NCBI GenBank assembly: GCA_964234715.1
Contig: OZ174282.1
Reading direction: 5' to 3' (one strand)
Source: Podarcis melisellensis
Lineage: Eukaryota
DNA: 64,000 nt
A program made the translations under genes and the position numbers. Every line of letters begins with the position of its first letter. Within the stretch, counting starts at the first letter, position 1. A model generated the notes under the pieces. That model saw only the letters and a list, made by a program, of their open reading frames with translations, was not told the DNA's origin and did not search any database. Shown piece after piece: positions 25,921 through 37,857 of this stretch.

Positions 25921-26083
25921 CATAGGCGCCTGCTCCTAGGGGCTACGGCAGTTTCAGATCCCCAGTTTATTTTTTGAGGGGGCTGGGCTCCCTCAATGTT
26001 CACAGGGTGTTTAGCTCCACCCCCTGGCTCCTCATGATGTCGTACCAGACCCCCTCAATCAACTAGAGAACATGGTGCCTCTG
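25921..26083. mobile_element. hAT MITE
   Basis: TIRs cataggcgcc and ggtgcctctg; perfect 8-bp TSD gtcctcta. Confidence 0.85.
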
Positions 26084-26376
26084 GTCCTCTATTTGAAGAG
26101 CTGCTGGAGCCCAGCCTCGGAAGGAGTTCTCTCTTTAAAGGGCTGTCTGGGTTAACGATAAATAAGGCGGGAGAGTGAGGAAAGCTGAGGTTGTCCCAGC
26201 AATAGTTAGCACCTGGATAACAGACTGAATATGCACAGAAATCACCTGGTCATCTTCTTCGTTATGTAGAGATGCACTGTATTTCTACTGAAGTTGCAGT
26301 AATCATGTCTAAATCTGCACCTAGCCATAAAGATCCGCATATGCACATTTTAAGGCAAGTTTTATTTTATTTTGTT

Positions 26377-26692
26377 GGTCTCCATCTACACTGTATGTCT
26401 AAAGCAGCAGCATACCACTCTAAATAGTCATAGCTTCACCCCAGAGAATCCTGGGAGCTCTAGTTTGTTAAGGGTGCTGAGGGTTGTCAGGAGATCCTGA
26501 TTCTACTCAGAGAAATACAGTTCTCAGAAGTCCCTGGGAAGCAGGACTGATTGTTAAACCACTCTAAGAGTTGTAGCTCTATGAGAAGAATAGGGGTCTC
26601 CTAACAACTCTCGGCTCCTTTAACAAACTACAGCTGCCAGGATTCTTTGGGGGAAGCCGTAATGCTTGAAATGTATAATGCAGAAGAGGCCT
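26377..26692. mobile_element. Family A palindromic element
   Basis: Homologous to 35536-35867. Confidence 0.8.
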
Positions 26693-27137
26693 TGGTGATG
26701 CATTTCCTCTGTTTTGACAATGTGTAAGTGGCAACCCTAAAGACAACAATCATTGTTTTTTATTGGACGGCTTTAATCATGTAGGCTTTAATTGGATGGT
26801 TTTATATAGTAATATGTTTTTGTTATAGTATGTTGTGTGCTGCCTTGTCTGTAAGAACAGTATATGCTGGAAGGCAGCTTAGACTTCTAAATAAAGAAAC
26901 ATTTGCCAGCCTTTAAAAAAAAAAGTCCTGAAAGAACCATCAAAATGTTTCAGTGGGAGTGGGAGGCGTAATGGAGAAGACTTTGCTCTTTGGTTCCAGC
27001 TCTACCATGAGGCAAACTGAGGCAGCTGCTGTGGGCAACAGAAGCTGGGGTGGGGAACAGCAACAAGGTGTTAGTAGACAGAATTAAGTGTGCTGTGCTG
27101 CCTGCCCTGTCCTCCCCTTATCCGGCCTCCTGCCATT

Positions 27138-27316
27138 TGTTGTTGTTTAGTCGTTTACTTGTGTCCACAAGCCAGGCACTCCTGTCTTCCACTGCCTCCC
27201 ACAGTTTGGTCAAACTCATGCTGGTAGCTTTGAGAACACTGTCCAACCATCTCGTCTTCTGTCGTCCCCTTTTCCTTGTGCCCTTAATCCTTCCCAACAT
27301 CAGGGTCTTTTCCAGG
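27138..27316 (-). mobile_element. BovB LINE 3' fragment
   Basis: LEKTLMLGRIKGTRKRGRQKTRWLDSV; TSD gcc(t/a)cctgccatt. Confidence 0.9.
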
Positions 27317-28729
27317 GCCACCTGCCATTAGTTATGGTGAAAGATGTTGCCCCATTGCCAGCGCTGGAGTAAAGTTCAGCTGCCAGTCCAGTCGGTTTCT
27401 GTAGTTGGAATGAGAGGGGGAGCCATGCTTTGCCTCAGGCTGCAAAATGTATTGAACCAGCCCTGTCTGCTCCTCATTGTCTCACACTTAACAAAGGAAC
27501 CTGGAATAAAACTCCAAAGTCTGTCCAGGCTGAAGCAAGAGTGGACACTCACACAGAGAGAAAGGATAATGCTCTCCTTTGGGTATTCTGGTCTGAGGGA
27601 GCTCTCTTCTCAACATCAGTTTTAAAAGAGCCTCTGTCATGACTCCTGAGTGGGCAAGCCATGAATGAGTAACTATTGAGACAGGACAGTATCCAGTGTA
27701 GAGAGTCAGGATGGACAAAAAACAGTCAACAATGGCTGCCTTGGTTGGGTTTCAGGTTTGAGGCTCTGCCAGAAGAAATGGACTTGTGAAGCCTTCCTTT
27801 GACAACGGTAGTTATAACTAGCTACGGAGACAGCTTCCATTCCATGACTGTCTATTATTTATTTGTAAGCATGGGTGAGTTCTGGCGTTCCTCCAGTGCG
27901 AAGGATGAGCTTGTCAACAAAATAGCCAACAACTGGCTTTTTAGGTTGAGAGTGGAAATGAGGTCAAGAGATATGAGCGTCTGGCACTTGGACATGTTTT
28001 TTTTGGAACACCCATCCATCCTTAGCAAAGCCAGGCAAAACTGGAAGTCAGAGCTCCACCGCCACCCAGCTGGCAAAAGCTTTGGTAAAATTAGAGGCAT
28101 TTAGGCAAGAGGTCAGGTGGACCAACTTGTTTAGAAAGGTTCTTGGCTGAGCTACTCAACCTTAGGAACAGAATGGAGTGGTGAAGCTTGCTCAACACTT
28201 GCTCTTTGTCCATCTTCGTACTTTCCACCAAAAAGCTTTGCAGCACAGAAAGGGAACACAGCCTTTTGTGAAGGCTGGAGATTACAGGCAAACACATTCC
28301 ATTTCCACCCCAAAGGAAGAACTCTTTCTCTTTCTAACACCCATCTTTTCATGGTATGCCTGAATATGGTTGACACTATGGACTGAGGGGAATTTTGTTC
28401 AGACAACATTTTAAGTGAACCAACCAAATTTGCACCTCCCCATACGAATGCATAGGTCAGAATGTAATTATTATTTGGATTCCACATTTCTCTAAATTTT
28501 GCAATCTCCCTCTCTCTCACGCACACACACAAATATATAAATTAGGATAAAACATATTCATTTCTTAAAAGAAATAATAAAATAAGTTTGGATGAAATAA
28601 GTTTGTATCCAATGCTAGTCCTGCTCAGAGCAGACCCACTGAAATTAATTAACATTAATTGGAATGGGTCCATACTAAGTAGAACTTAGTTGGCTTTCAC
28701 TCGATACATTAAAAAATGTTTCTAAAATA

Positions 28730-28943
28730 CAGTGGTACCTCGGTTACAGACGCTTCAGGTTACAGATACCACTAACCCAGAAATAGTTCCTCGAGTCAAG
28801 AACTTTGCTTCAGGATGAGAACAGAAATTGTGCAGTGGAAGCGGGAGGTCCCATTAGCTAAAGTGGTACCTCAGGTTAAAAACGGTTTCAGGTTAAGAAC
28901 AGACCTCCAGAACGAATTAAGTTCTTAACCCGAGGTACCACTG
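28730..28943. mobile_element. Tc1/mariner (Tigger-like) MITE
   Basis: TA|cagtggtacctcgg...ccgaggtaccactg|TA. Confidence 0.92.
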
Positions 28944-28961
28944 TAGGTATCTAGATACATA

Positions 28962-29323
28962 AAGGTAAAGGTACCCCTGCCCATGCGGGCCAGTCGTGTC
29001 CGACTCTAGGGTTGTGCGCCCATCTCACTCTATAGGCCGGGGGCCAGCACTGTCCGGAGACACTTCCGGGTCACGTGGCCAGCGTGCCGAAGCTGCTCTG
29101 GTGAGCCTGCACTAGAGCAGCACATGGAAACGCCGTTTACCTTCCCGCTATAAAGCGGTACCTATTTATCTACGTGCACTTAGGGGTGCTTTCGAACTGC
29201 TAGGTGGGCAGGAGCTGGGACCGAAAGACGGGAGCTCACCCCGCCGTGGGGATTCGAACCGCCGACCATGCGATCGGCAAGTCCTAGGCGCTGAGGTTTT
29301 ACCCACAGCGCCACCCGCGTCCC
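28962..29323 (-). mobile_element. Sauria SINE, full length, young
   Basis: Head and tail intact, CpGs retained; TSD ctagatacata. Confidence 0.94.
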
Positions 29324-29971
29324 ACCTAGATACATACTTTGCAACAAAATAAGTATCTGAATATTTAAATACAAATTTTATATGGTTGTGGTTTTTTAAA
29401 GTGAAAATCACAGATAAATGGGGAAACGGGCAACAGTAGCATGCCGATCCATCCCGATCCGGACTGTCCCAGAAAGGTAGTGCAGGCAGTGGCCAAAACT
29501 CCACGCTTCAGCTATGCTAATAGTTTGGAAGGCACGCTTGCACTCGGAGGAGGTGCACAGAAGCAGCTTAGCAACTTGTCAGCATTCCAGGGGGCATGAT
29601 CAAGAGCCTCCTTAATCTGCACCAGCTGCCTGGAGCAGAGGCAATGCTATGGAAGAGGAAGTGACTGACATTAAGAATGAAAATGAGAAAATGGTATGTT
29701 GCTCAGTCCTTGGTCGCTTGACAGTGCACTCCTATACATGACTGCTCTCAGAAGTGAGCCCCATTGAATTAAATGTGACTTACTCCCAGGTAGGGATGGG
29801 TATATCTACCAGTTTCAGTTTCTCCTTTTTCTACTCTTAAATTCGGTTCTTCTCCACATCAGTTGTGATACTTTTTCTTATTTGTAAAGATCTCATGAAA
29901 ATCCATCGGCTTTTTAGTGCTAATTTCCGCCAACTCTATAATGCATTTTGAGGTGCCCTTTTGCACTAATA

Positions 29972-30348
29972 CCGTATTGGCCTGAATATAAGCCTCACTT
30001 TCCCCCCAAATTCCGACCCTGAAAAGTTAAAGTGTGGCTTATATTCCCGACCTTATGGTATGCAGCCAGGAGTGCAGGGCAAACAGCACCAGGAGCGTGG
30101 CAAAGCGTCACCCGCCCCATGCGTAGTGCCCCATCCTCTTCCTCAAGGCCAGGAAGGGAGAGAGCAAGGAAGGGGAAAGGCCACCAGCAATGCAGCGTGG
30201 GCCCCTCTCCCCCCCCCCAGTATGCAGCCAGGAGCAGCAAGGAAGGGAGCGGCTTATAATCGGGTATTTTTTCGTTTTTTCTTTTCCCCTCTCCAATTTT
30301 TTAGGTGTGGCTTATATTCAGGTGTAGCTGATATTTGGGCCAATACGG
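29972..30348. mobile_element. Tc1/mariner-pogo-type MITE
   Basis: TA|ccgtattggcc...ggccaatacgg|TA; subterminal ggcttata repeats. Confidence 0.88.
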
Positions 30349-31146
30349 TATGATGCTATGAGTTGGGTGGTGGTTGGGTGGTTGTGTTAAACTGTATGCC
30401 AGGCCCCATTAATCCCTGGATCCAGCAAATGTTAAAAGACAATCAAGCCCTCTAATTCCTGGAATAGCCAAACCAGCTTCCTGATGATGGGGGTTTAAGG
30501 GGCTTGGTGTGAGACAGCAAATGGGTGGGCAGGGACCCCTCCCTTAACAGAAAAAGCCAGAGTTGAGAGCAGAGTTGTCAGTGATGTGGACCAGAGGAAA
30601 AGCACCAAGCAGGGAGAAGACAGAGAGACAGATAAATGATTGATTTCTGTTTGAATGCAAGGCTGTGGCTATAGAGGAAGCAAGACCCTTTTGGCTCAGG
30701 TTGTGTATGTATCTCGCAATATGCCTTTCAATACATACTTTATCCTAGTCTATGTGTGCTGAAGAACTTTTGTTACAGAATTGAAAACTAAGAAGGCGGG
30801 CTGTGTTTTGGTTCCTGTATTGTTTCAGAAACAGCGGATTAGGTAGGTTCACCTTGTAATGCAAAACGAAACCACCTTTTCTCCACCTTCCCTAATCTCA
30901 GGTAAATGAATCTAGGATTACCCTCTAAAAGCATTCTTTTTATGCTTCTCAGCATAGAGCAGAAAAAGAGGGCCCTGTTCATTAATATGTTTTTATTGGG
31001 TTTTATAAACAGGGATCATAGGAATAATGAATGCAGGGGCATAGTGGGGGGTGCTGGGGGGGTGCGTGACCCCAGGCACACAATGAACCAGGCACCTCCA
31101 TGCAGGAATCCCCATCCCACCCTGTCTGCCACTGGGGGTCTCTGGG

Positions 31147-31419
31147 CTCTGTCCCAGCTGCTGCCAACCTGGCAGTTCGAAAGCACGCCAAAAAGTGCAA
31201 GTAGATAAATAGGTACCACTCCAGCAGGAAGGTAAATGGCGTTTCCGTGCGCTGGTCCGATTTCGCCAGAAGTGGTTTAGTCATGCTGGCCACATAACCC
31301 GGGAAAACTGTCTGTGGACAAACAATGGCTCCCTCAGCCTGTAAAGCGAGATGAGCGCTGCAACCCCAGAGTCGTCTGCGACTGGACTTAACGGTCAAGG
31401 GTCCTTTACCTTTACCTTT
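31147..31419 (+). mobile_element. 5'-truncated Sauria SINE
   Basis: cagttcgaaagcacg...gtagataaataggtacc...cctttacctttacct tail. Confidence 0.92.
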
Positions 31420-31649
31420 TAGTGCGGTGGGAGGCTGTGGGGGCCATGGCCCCAGGCACACAATGAACCAGGCACCTCCATGCAGGAATCCCCATCCCAC
31501 CCTGTCTGCCACTGGGGATCTCTGGGCCCTGGAGCCCAGCCTGGCCTTGCCACCACATCCTCTGCCCCCTCGCTGAATGGCTGCCCAGCTAGTGCTCGCT
31601 TGCTCCTCATTCAGATGGTGAGTGGGCATGGAGGGAGGGAGGTGGGCAA

Positions 31650-31863
31650 GGGGTGATTCAGACTGAAGAGCAGGAAGAACTTTCTGGTGGTAAGCGCCAT
31701 TTGACAGTGGGACAGACTCCCTCGGGAGGTGGTGGCCTCTGCTTCCTTGCAGGTTTTAAGCAGAGGTTGGATGGCCAACTGTCATGGATCCTTTAGTTGA
31801 TAGTCCTGCATTGCAGTGGGTTGGACCTGATGACCCTTGGGACCCCTTCCAACTATGATTTTA
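31650..31863 (+). mobile_element. CR1 3' end
   Basis: aggaagaactttctg...ccctcgggaggtggtgg...gggttggacctgatgaccc...ccttccaactatgatt. Confidence 0.8.
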
Positions 31864-32738
31864 TAAGCCAGTCACATGCTGCAATAACACCACTTGTGGA
31901 GGCACACTGAGTGAAAGATGCTGGCAGTGATGTACTCTTCCCCTGGTAAAGCTGCTAATTCCAGTCTTGCAACTGACTTTGGACACCTCAGCTTACCTCT
32001 CTATGCCTCGGTTATCCTATTTGTAATATGAGGCTAATGCTGCAGGCTGGTCTGTCCCTGCCTAAGCATCTTCTCATTACAATGGACATGGAAAATCCGG
32101 AAGATAGTAATCATAAACAGCATAGCGTAGATGTGAATGATGTTCTATTACAAGCAATGACCCATAGCTGAAATGAGATATAAATATGTAGCACAGGGCT
32201 CGATTCGTTTAACAAGTGGTGCAGTGAAAAGCATGGTGGACTTGTGGGATAAATCCAGCCACACATAACCGGCATGCTTAGCTCTAGTTAATGCATGAAG
32301 GGGTTAAGACCATAGAGTTAGCTGTACTGTCATACTCAATTATGTCACGCCCCTTCACCTTGGGATGAAGGGTTATCAAAGCCTTTGTTCACTTTCTTCC
32401 ACCATGTGAATCCAAACAGAAAGGACGCCCAGACCACGCGGCTTTAGCAAGTCGTCTTTGTTTTTCTGTACAACTAATTTAAGAACATTTATTGACTTTG
32501 ATACTAAGTTTTGCTGCCTGTGTTTTCTTGCTGCTGTATGGAAAAGCACACGAATCTGACTTCTGAGGGGTTTGTAAGGAAACCATTTTAACTTACCAAA
32601 TGTATGGTCTGTTTCTATGCTAAAGGGGAAGAAAAGAGAACTTTGAAAAGAAACTTAGATGGGGATATTGTAAGGGCCCAACAGCCTACATTTCCTCACT
32701 TTGCTGCATGTTTTTTTATTTTAAATCTCTTCTGGAGC

Positions 32739-32894
32739 CAGTGGTGGAGCCTGCTCTCTGCACTGGGGGGCACAGAGCAGGCGGGGGCAGGGCGCATCCT
32801 GGGGGCGGGGCGCCCACCACAGGCAGGGAGCAACTGTGATGGCACCCCACCAGGATTGCGCTGCCCGGGGTGGGCTCCTCTTCCTCCGCCAGTG
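32739..32894. mobile_element. GC-rich hAT MITE
   Basis: cagtggtggag...ctccgccagtg; same family as 34249-34678. Confidence 0.75.
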
Positions 32895-34248
32895 GCTGGT
32901 GCTCACCCACCAATAGAATATCTGCCTCAAGTATGAATCTAGACATCCAGGGAATTCTTGTTTTATTCTTTTAAACTAATTACAAGCATATATTTTTAGA
33001 AAACCAACTCAACTAAGACTGTTTCCCCAAGGAGAACTGTTGTATTACCACAAAGTAAAAATGGGACAAAAAAAAAATCTGGAACATTTGTAATATGAAA
33101 AGTTATGGGATTTTAGCAGGAAACTATGGGACATGCACCTATTGTAAACAAAGTGGCATTAGAACCACAAAACCTTTGCAGGAACAACTGGTACTGAAAG
33201 TGCCATCACATATAGCTGCCAAGATGAGTACAAATCAGGATGAATGCTCAGTTAAGAAAGGATGTCTGGAGGGACATTTAGCCATTATTAAAAATCAACT
33301 CCCCCTCCCCCCACAAGCCACAGGAAAGGCAGTCTTAAATACAGGCCAAAATAGAAGCAGAAAATCAAGAACTTGCTCATAAGAATTAATGTTGTCTAAA
33401 TGCCTTTACTACAATCAAAACATTGTATTAATATACATCATTCACTGTACATCAAGGAACTTAATAAACGGTCAGAACAATCATGTTCATGTTAACTCGG
33501 GAATAAACCTCTTTGTGTTCAATGGAGCTCACTGCCTAGTAAGCAGGCCTTCCGCTGTTACATACGGTACATCAAACAACTTCAAAGTAATGTTCCAAAA
33601 ACCTCCCAACGCAGTAAATCAGCCTAACATTACTAAAAGTGCCAAACTTGATTTAAAATTCCAGCTCTTAGCTTCATTAATATGCAGGATATGACAACTA
33701 TAGACTGGTAATTTCATTCACTGCATTGTGAGTGATCTACAGTAATTGTTTGACTGTAATAAGAGTGTTTAGATAATATCAAGTGTTAACAGGCCAACAT
33801 CTTGTATTTCTGCTCATTATTCATGACATCACTAGTACTAGCCAATTGTTGCTGGCAACAGTCATGCCCAGAGTTTCAATGCCATGCTCACTCACGCAGA
33901 GGGTGAGCTTGCTGTGGAAATGTGACTTGAAAGACACCCAGATTTACCCATACACATCACTCTCACTCAAATCACATCATCTGGAAAGCCACTAAAAAGA
34001 GGCAGATTTAGGGGAGTGCAAACTGTTTGCCTGCACTGGGCGCCAAGCCGAGAGGGTGCCACAGGGGGCACTGCAATAATGACAAACATTGGGAGGCGAG
34101 AGGCAGCAGGGGGCAAATTTTGGCATTGCACAGGCTGCCCCTGAAATTTTAAAGCTCAAAATCTGCGACTGAACTCAAATAAACAAAGGACTTGTTTTGA
34201 AATATAGCTGCATGGAAGCACAACAATCATAGATCAGTGTTCCAGGAG

Positions 34249-34678
34249 CAGTGGCAGAGCTTCATGCTCCGGCACTGGGGGCAGAGAGCAGGCGGGGGCA
34301 GGGCTGGCACACGTTCTGGGGGCAGGCAGGGGGGGCTGTTCTGCACTGAAGTTCTCACCCTACCAGCAGGGGGATACTGTAGATAGTTTTCACTCAGGTC
34401 CACATATGCAAATAAGGGATTGAAAGTGGCATTCAGTGATTGGATAGTTACAGTAAGTGGTTACTGTTGCATTGTAGTGGAGCTCTATATAAGCAGGCTG
34501 GCTGAACCCTTCAGTTCAGTTCTGTTCTGGCCTGTGAATAAACAAGACCTGTTTGAAGAATTGCTGTGTCGTCTGATATGTTCACCCACAACTTAACAGG
34601 GGCAGCCGCAATGTCACCCTGGGGATCACACTGCCGTGGGCAGTGCGCTCCCCCCGCACTCCTCTTCCTCTGCCAGTG
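34249..34678. mobile_element. hAT MITE hosting a solo LTR
   Basis: TIRs cagtggcagag and ctctgccagtg; perfect TSD tccaggag. Confidence 0.88.
34337..34598 (+). mobile_element. Solo LTR (262 bp)
   Basis: TGTT...AACA termini, 5-bp TSD GGGGC, TATATAA at 34486, AATAAA at 34537. Confidence 0.85.
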
Positions 34679-35327
34679 TCCAGGAGCTTCATGTATTTCT
34701 AAATTCCAAGCAATTCTTACAGCCAACCCTCTATGGTAGGTCAGTATTATTGACCCCTTTTTGTAGATGGGGGACTGAGGCTGAGAGAATGTGGCTTACC
34801 TAAAACTGCTCTTATGTCAGAGGAGATATTGGAAGCAGGGACTTCCCGGTTTCTTGTTCCATCCCACACCTACTGCCTTGCACCAACTTGGGAATTGCTT
34901 ACGCGCATGGGGTGCTCACATGAGCTCAGTGCTTTTTGCTTGCTCATCAAGATGGCAATCACTTCCAGATGAACCAAGTCAGCTCCAATAAGCCACAAGG
35001 CACAACACTGTCTGGAAGGAGCCTTCATGAATTGGAAATTACTTTCTCTGTGTACACAAATCTGTTGACGGGTAAAGCAGAAGGAAAGGCAAACCTGCGC
35101 AGAATGTGTGGGCTGGGAATACTTTGGTAAGTCTGCGCCTGTTTGATGCAAGAGTTTTCAATATACCCCACCCACATTTCAATATCCTCATGGTGGATTC
35201 CACAGCCCAATAAAGCCCATACTTCTATGAATCTCTCTCCCCCCCCCCCCAGTATTTTATGTAGCTTGATCTTTTTTGTGTTCAGTAGGGCCTGGGGCCA
35301 AATGCGCTTCTCCAGGGCTGTTTTGAG

Positions 35328-35430
35328 TAAGGTTACCAGATATCCCCAGATTTACAAATCAGTCCCCATACAAAATCCATTGAAGTTGAAAAGTGTCCCC
35401 GGGTTCATTGAAAAAAATCTGGTAAGCTTA
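35328..35430. mobile_element. hAT (Blackjack-like) MITE
   Basis: TIRs taaggttaccaga and tctggtaagctta; TSD gttttgag/gttttggg; sister of 39733-39866. Confidence 0.85.
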
Positions 35431-35535
35431 GTTTTGGGACTCTGTACTGGCCACAATCCCTCCCCAGGCGACAGCCCCTCTCCAGGATCTGTGATTTATT
35501 AGCCTTGTTCCACATCCTGGAGTTGGGAAAACTAG

Positions 35536-35867
35536 AGGTCCCATCTGCACTATACATTTAAAGCAGTATCGTACCTCTTTAAACAGTCATGGTTTTCCTC
35601 AAAAACTCTTGGGTACTGTATTGTGTAAAAGGTGAGAGTTGCTAGGAGGCCCCCTATTCCCCTCACTGACCTACAATTCCCAATGTGGTTTAACAGTCAA
35701 TCCCTCTTCACAGGAAATGCTGAGAATTGCTGCTCTGTGAGGGGAATCAGGTTCTCCTGACAACTCACAACACCCTTAGCAAACCACAGTTCCCATGATT
35801 CTTTGGGCAAGCCATGATTGTTCAAAGTGGTACGATACTGCTTAAATATATAGTGCAGATGGGGCCT
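35536..35867. mobile_element. Family A palindromic element, best-preserved copy
   Basis: aggtcccatctgcactatacatttaaagcagtatcgtacc...ggtacgatactgcttaaatatatagtgcagatggggcct. Confidence 0.88.
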
Positions 35868-37071
35868 ATGAGAACCTAAAATGGAAACATTTGCCCATTG
35901 CTAGCTGTATGTGTGACTTGGCTCACACCCTAAACTGGCCTCCTGTCCTTAGGTACCATGGAAGCTGTAATCCTCTAATCCTGTCACAAATGCTGAAGAT
36001 TCACTTTTGGCGTTTGTATGAGGGATGAGGTTGAAATGGCACCTTCCTGTCCTTCACCTCAGGCAGCAAAATGTCTTGGACTGTTCCTGAAATGGTGGCT
36101 CCCAGGCCCACACTATGGGAGTCATTATTACGGTAAATTACTGAAAGGGCCCTGAAATAAAAATTAGATCAGCAGTTTGTGGGAAATTAAAATGGTGGTT
36201 CCAAGACCCAGCTCCCCAACAAAACAAATGTTTAAGTAGGGGAGGGACCTGGGTGGGCAAGCATTAATGGTGGGCATTGCCAGCTTCCCCCATTGCCTCA
36301 GCATATTGTTAATGCCTATAATTTAGGAGCGAGAGGTCACTCAGTCCTGCAAGGGATTCCACACTCTGAAGGGCCTGCAGAATGATGGATGTGTCTGAGA
36401 TACTGGCTTTTACAAGGCATCTGTTTAAACCTCTAGAAGCACATCGTTTGAGAATCTTGGCTCTAGACTCATACTTCTTTGTCTTTTCTGCCTGCCTCGT
36501 GAATTATTTTCTCCAAATAATATAAAACAACCACACCTGGTTTCATCTGACAAGCACTGACAGCAGATGGCAGAGGATATGTGTTTTGGATCTGAGGAAG
36601 TCCAACTGAATTCACTGTTGACTGTTGTGTCTGTAACCAGAGCCAGAGCTAGGATGCTGCTGGTTCTTTAACAATGTGGGATGGAGGGAATGGATCTTTT
36701 TCGGCCAGGGTGATTTGAAAGGCAAGCAAACGCACTACCCCTTGGCAGGCTGAGAGCAAACAACGAGGGCAAAGGCTAGCAGGGACATTTCTTTCCACAG
36801 TGTGGCACGCCTGCAAGAGGGCATTGCTTTCCAGTGGCCTCAGCAGCTTTTTGCAGCTGGGAACCTTGAGGGGTGCTTGTTCCACAAACAGAGCAAACTC
36901 ACCTTGAGCTCGGACACCAGGGCTTGATGGAAATAAAAGAGCTGAATTGCGAAGGACAGGGAGCTCTCTTAGTGGGGAAGTGGTACCTGCCTCTTTTGTG
37001 TGGTGAAACAACAAGGTACGTAGCACATTAGATCCCCACAGATAAGCCATTCAGCTGCTGTTGCTTCTCCT

Positions 37072-37857
37072 TAGGCTTGCCATATGCCCGGAAAATTCCG
37101 GACATGCCAGGAAATTGGACACCTAAAATGGCGTCCTGGGGGAAAAAATTGAATTTTAAGAGATGTACGGAATTTCCTGTACGTATGGCAATCCATTTTT
37201 TTGTTCAGTTTTCTGGTTTTTTTCCTCCCTCTGAGCCGCGGAAGGAATGCCCCCCCTTATGTGGGAGACCCCAAGTGCGCTCATGCCCCCTGCCTCCCCA
37301 AGCGCAGCAGCCCCAAATGAGGAGGGGAGAGCGGAGGGCAGTGGAAAGCTTGTGAGAGCATCCCTAAGCACCTGCCAGCCTTCCGGAAAGGAAAATAAAG
37401 ACGACTCAGTTATCCTGCCCCTGCTTTTCTCCCTCTTTGTTTTGCAAAGCTGCTGCAGTGGCTGCTTCGAGGAAGACAATCTTTCCTCTTTCCAGGATGC
37501 AGAGCAGGAGGCAAGGAGCCCAGCTAAAAGGGAACAGGGCACCTGTGGCTACTCGGGAACAGATCAAAAGGAACTTACCTCCTCAGTCCTACCCTCCCAA
37601 AGGAATCTCCCTTCCCTTCCCTGCTAGAAGAAGAAGAACCAGCTCTTGGAGATGCTGAGGTTTGTTTGAGGGGAGGCTGTGCCAACGCCCCATTTGCCCT
37701 ATGCGGGGGGAGGGGGGAGAGAAGGAAAAATAACTAAATAAAGTTGAAGTTTAAAATGTGTCCTCTTTCTTTGTGTTAGTGGGTTTCCTAAAAAAAAACC
37801 CAAGCTCATAAATTTGGGAGTGTCAGAAATTTTACTTTTTGAAATATGGCAAGCCTA
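37072..37857. mobile_element. hAT non-autonomous element (786 bp)
   Basis: TIRs taggcttgccatat and atatggcaagccta; TSD cttctcct/cttttcct. Confidence 0.9.

Noticed and set aside
31003-31629. 208-aa ORF with an internal repeat
   Set aside because: Made of the Sauria SINE plus the flanking duplication.
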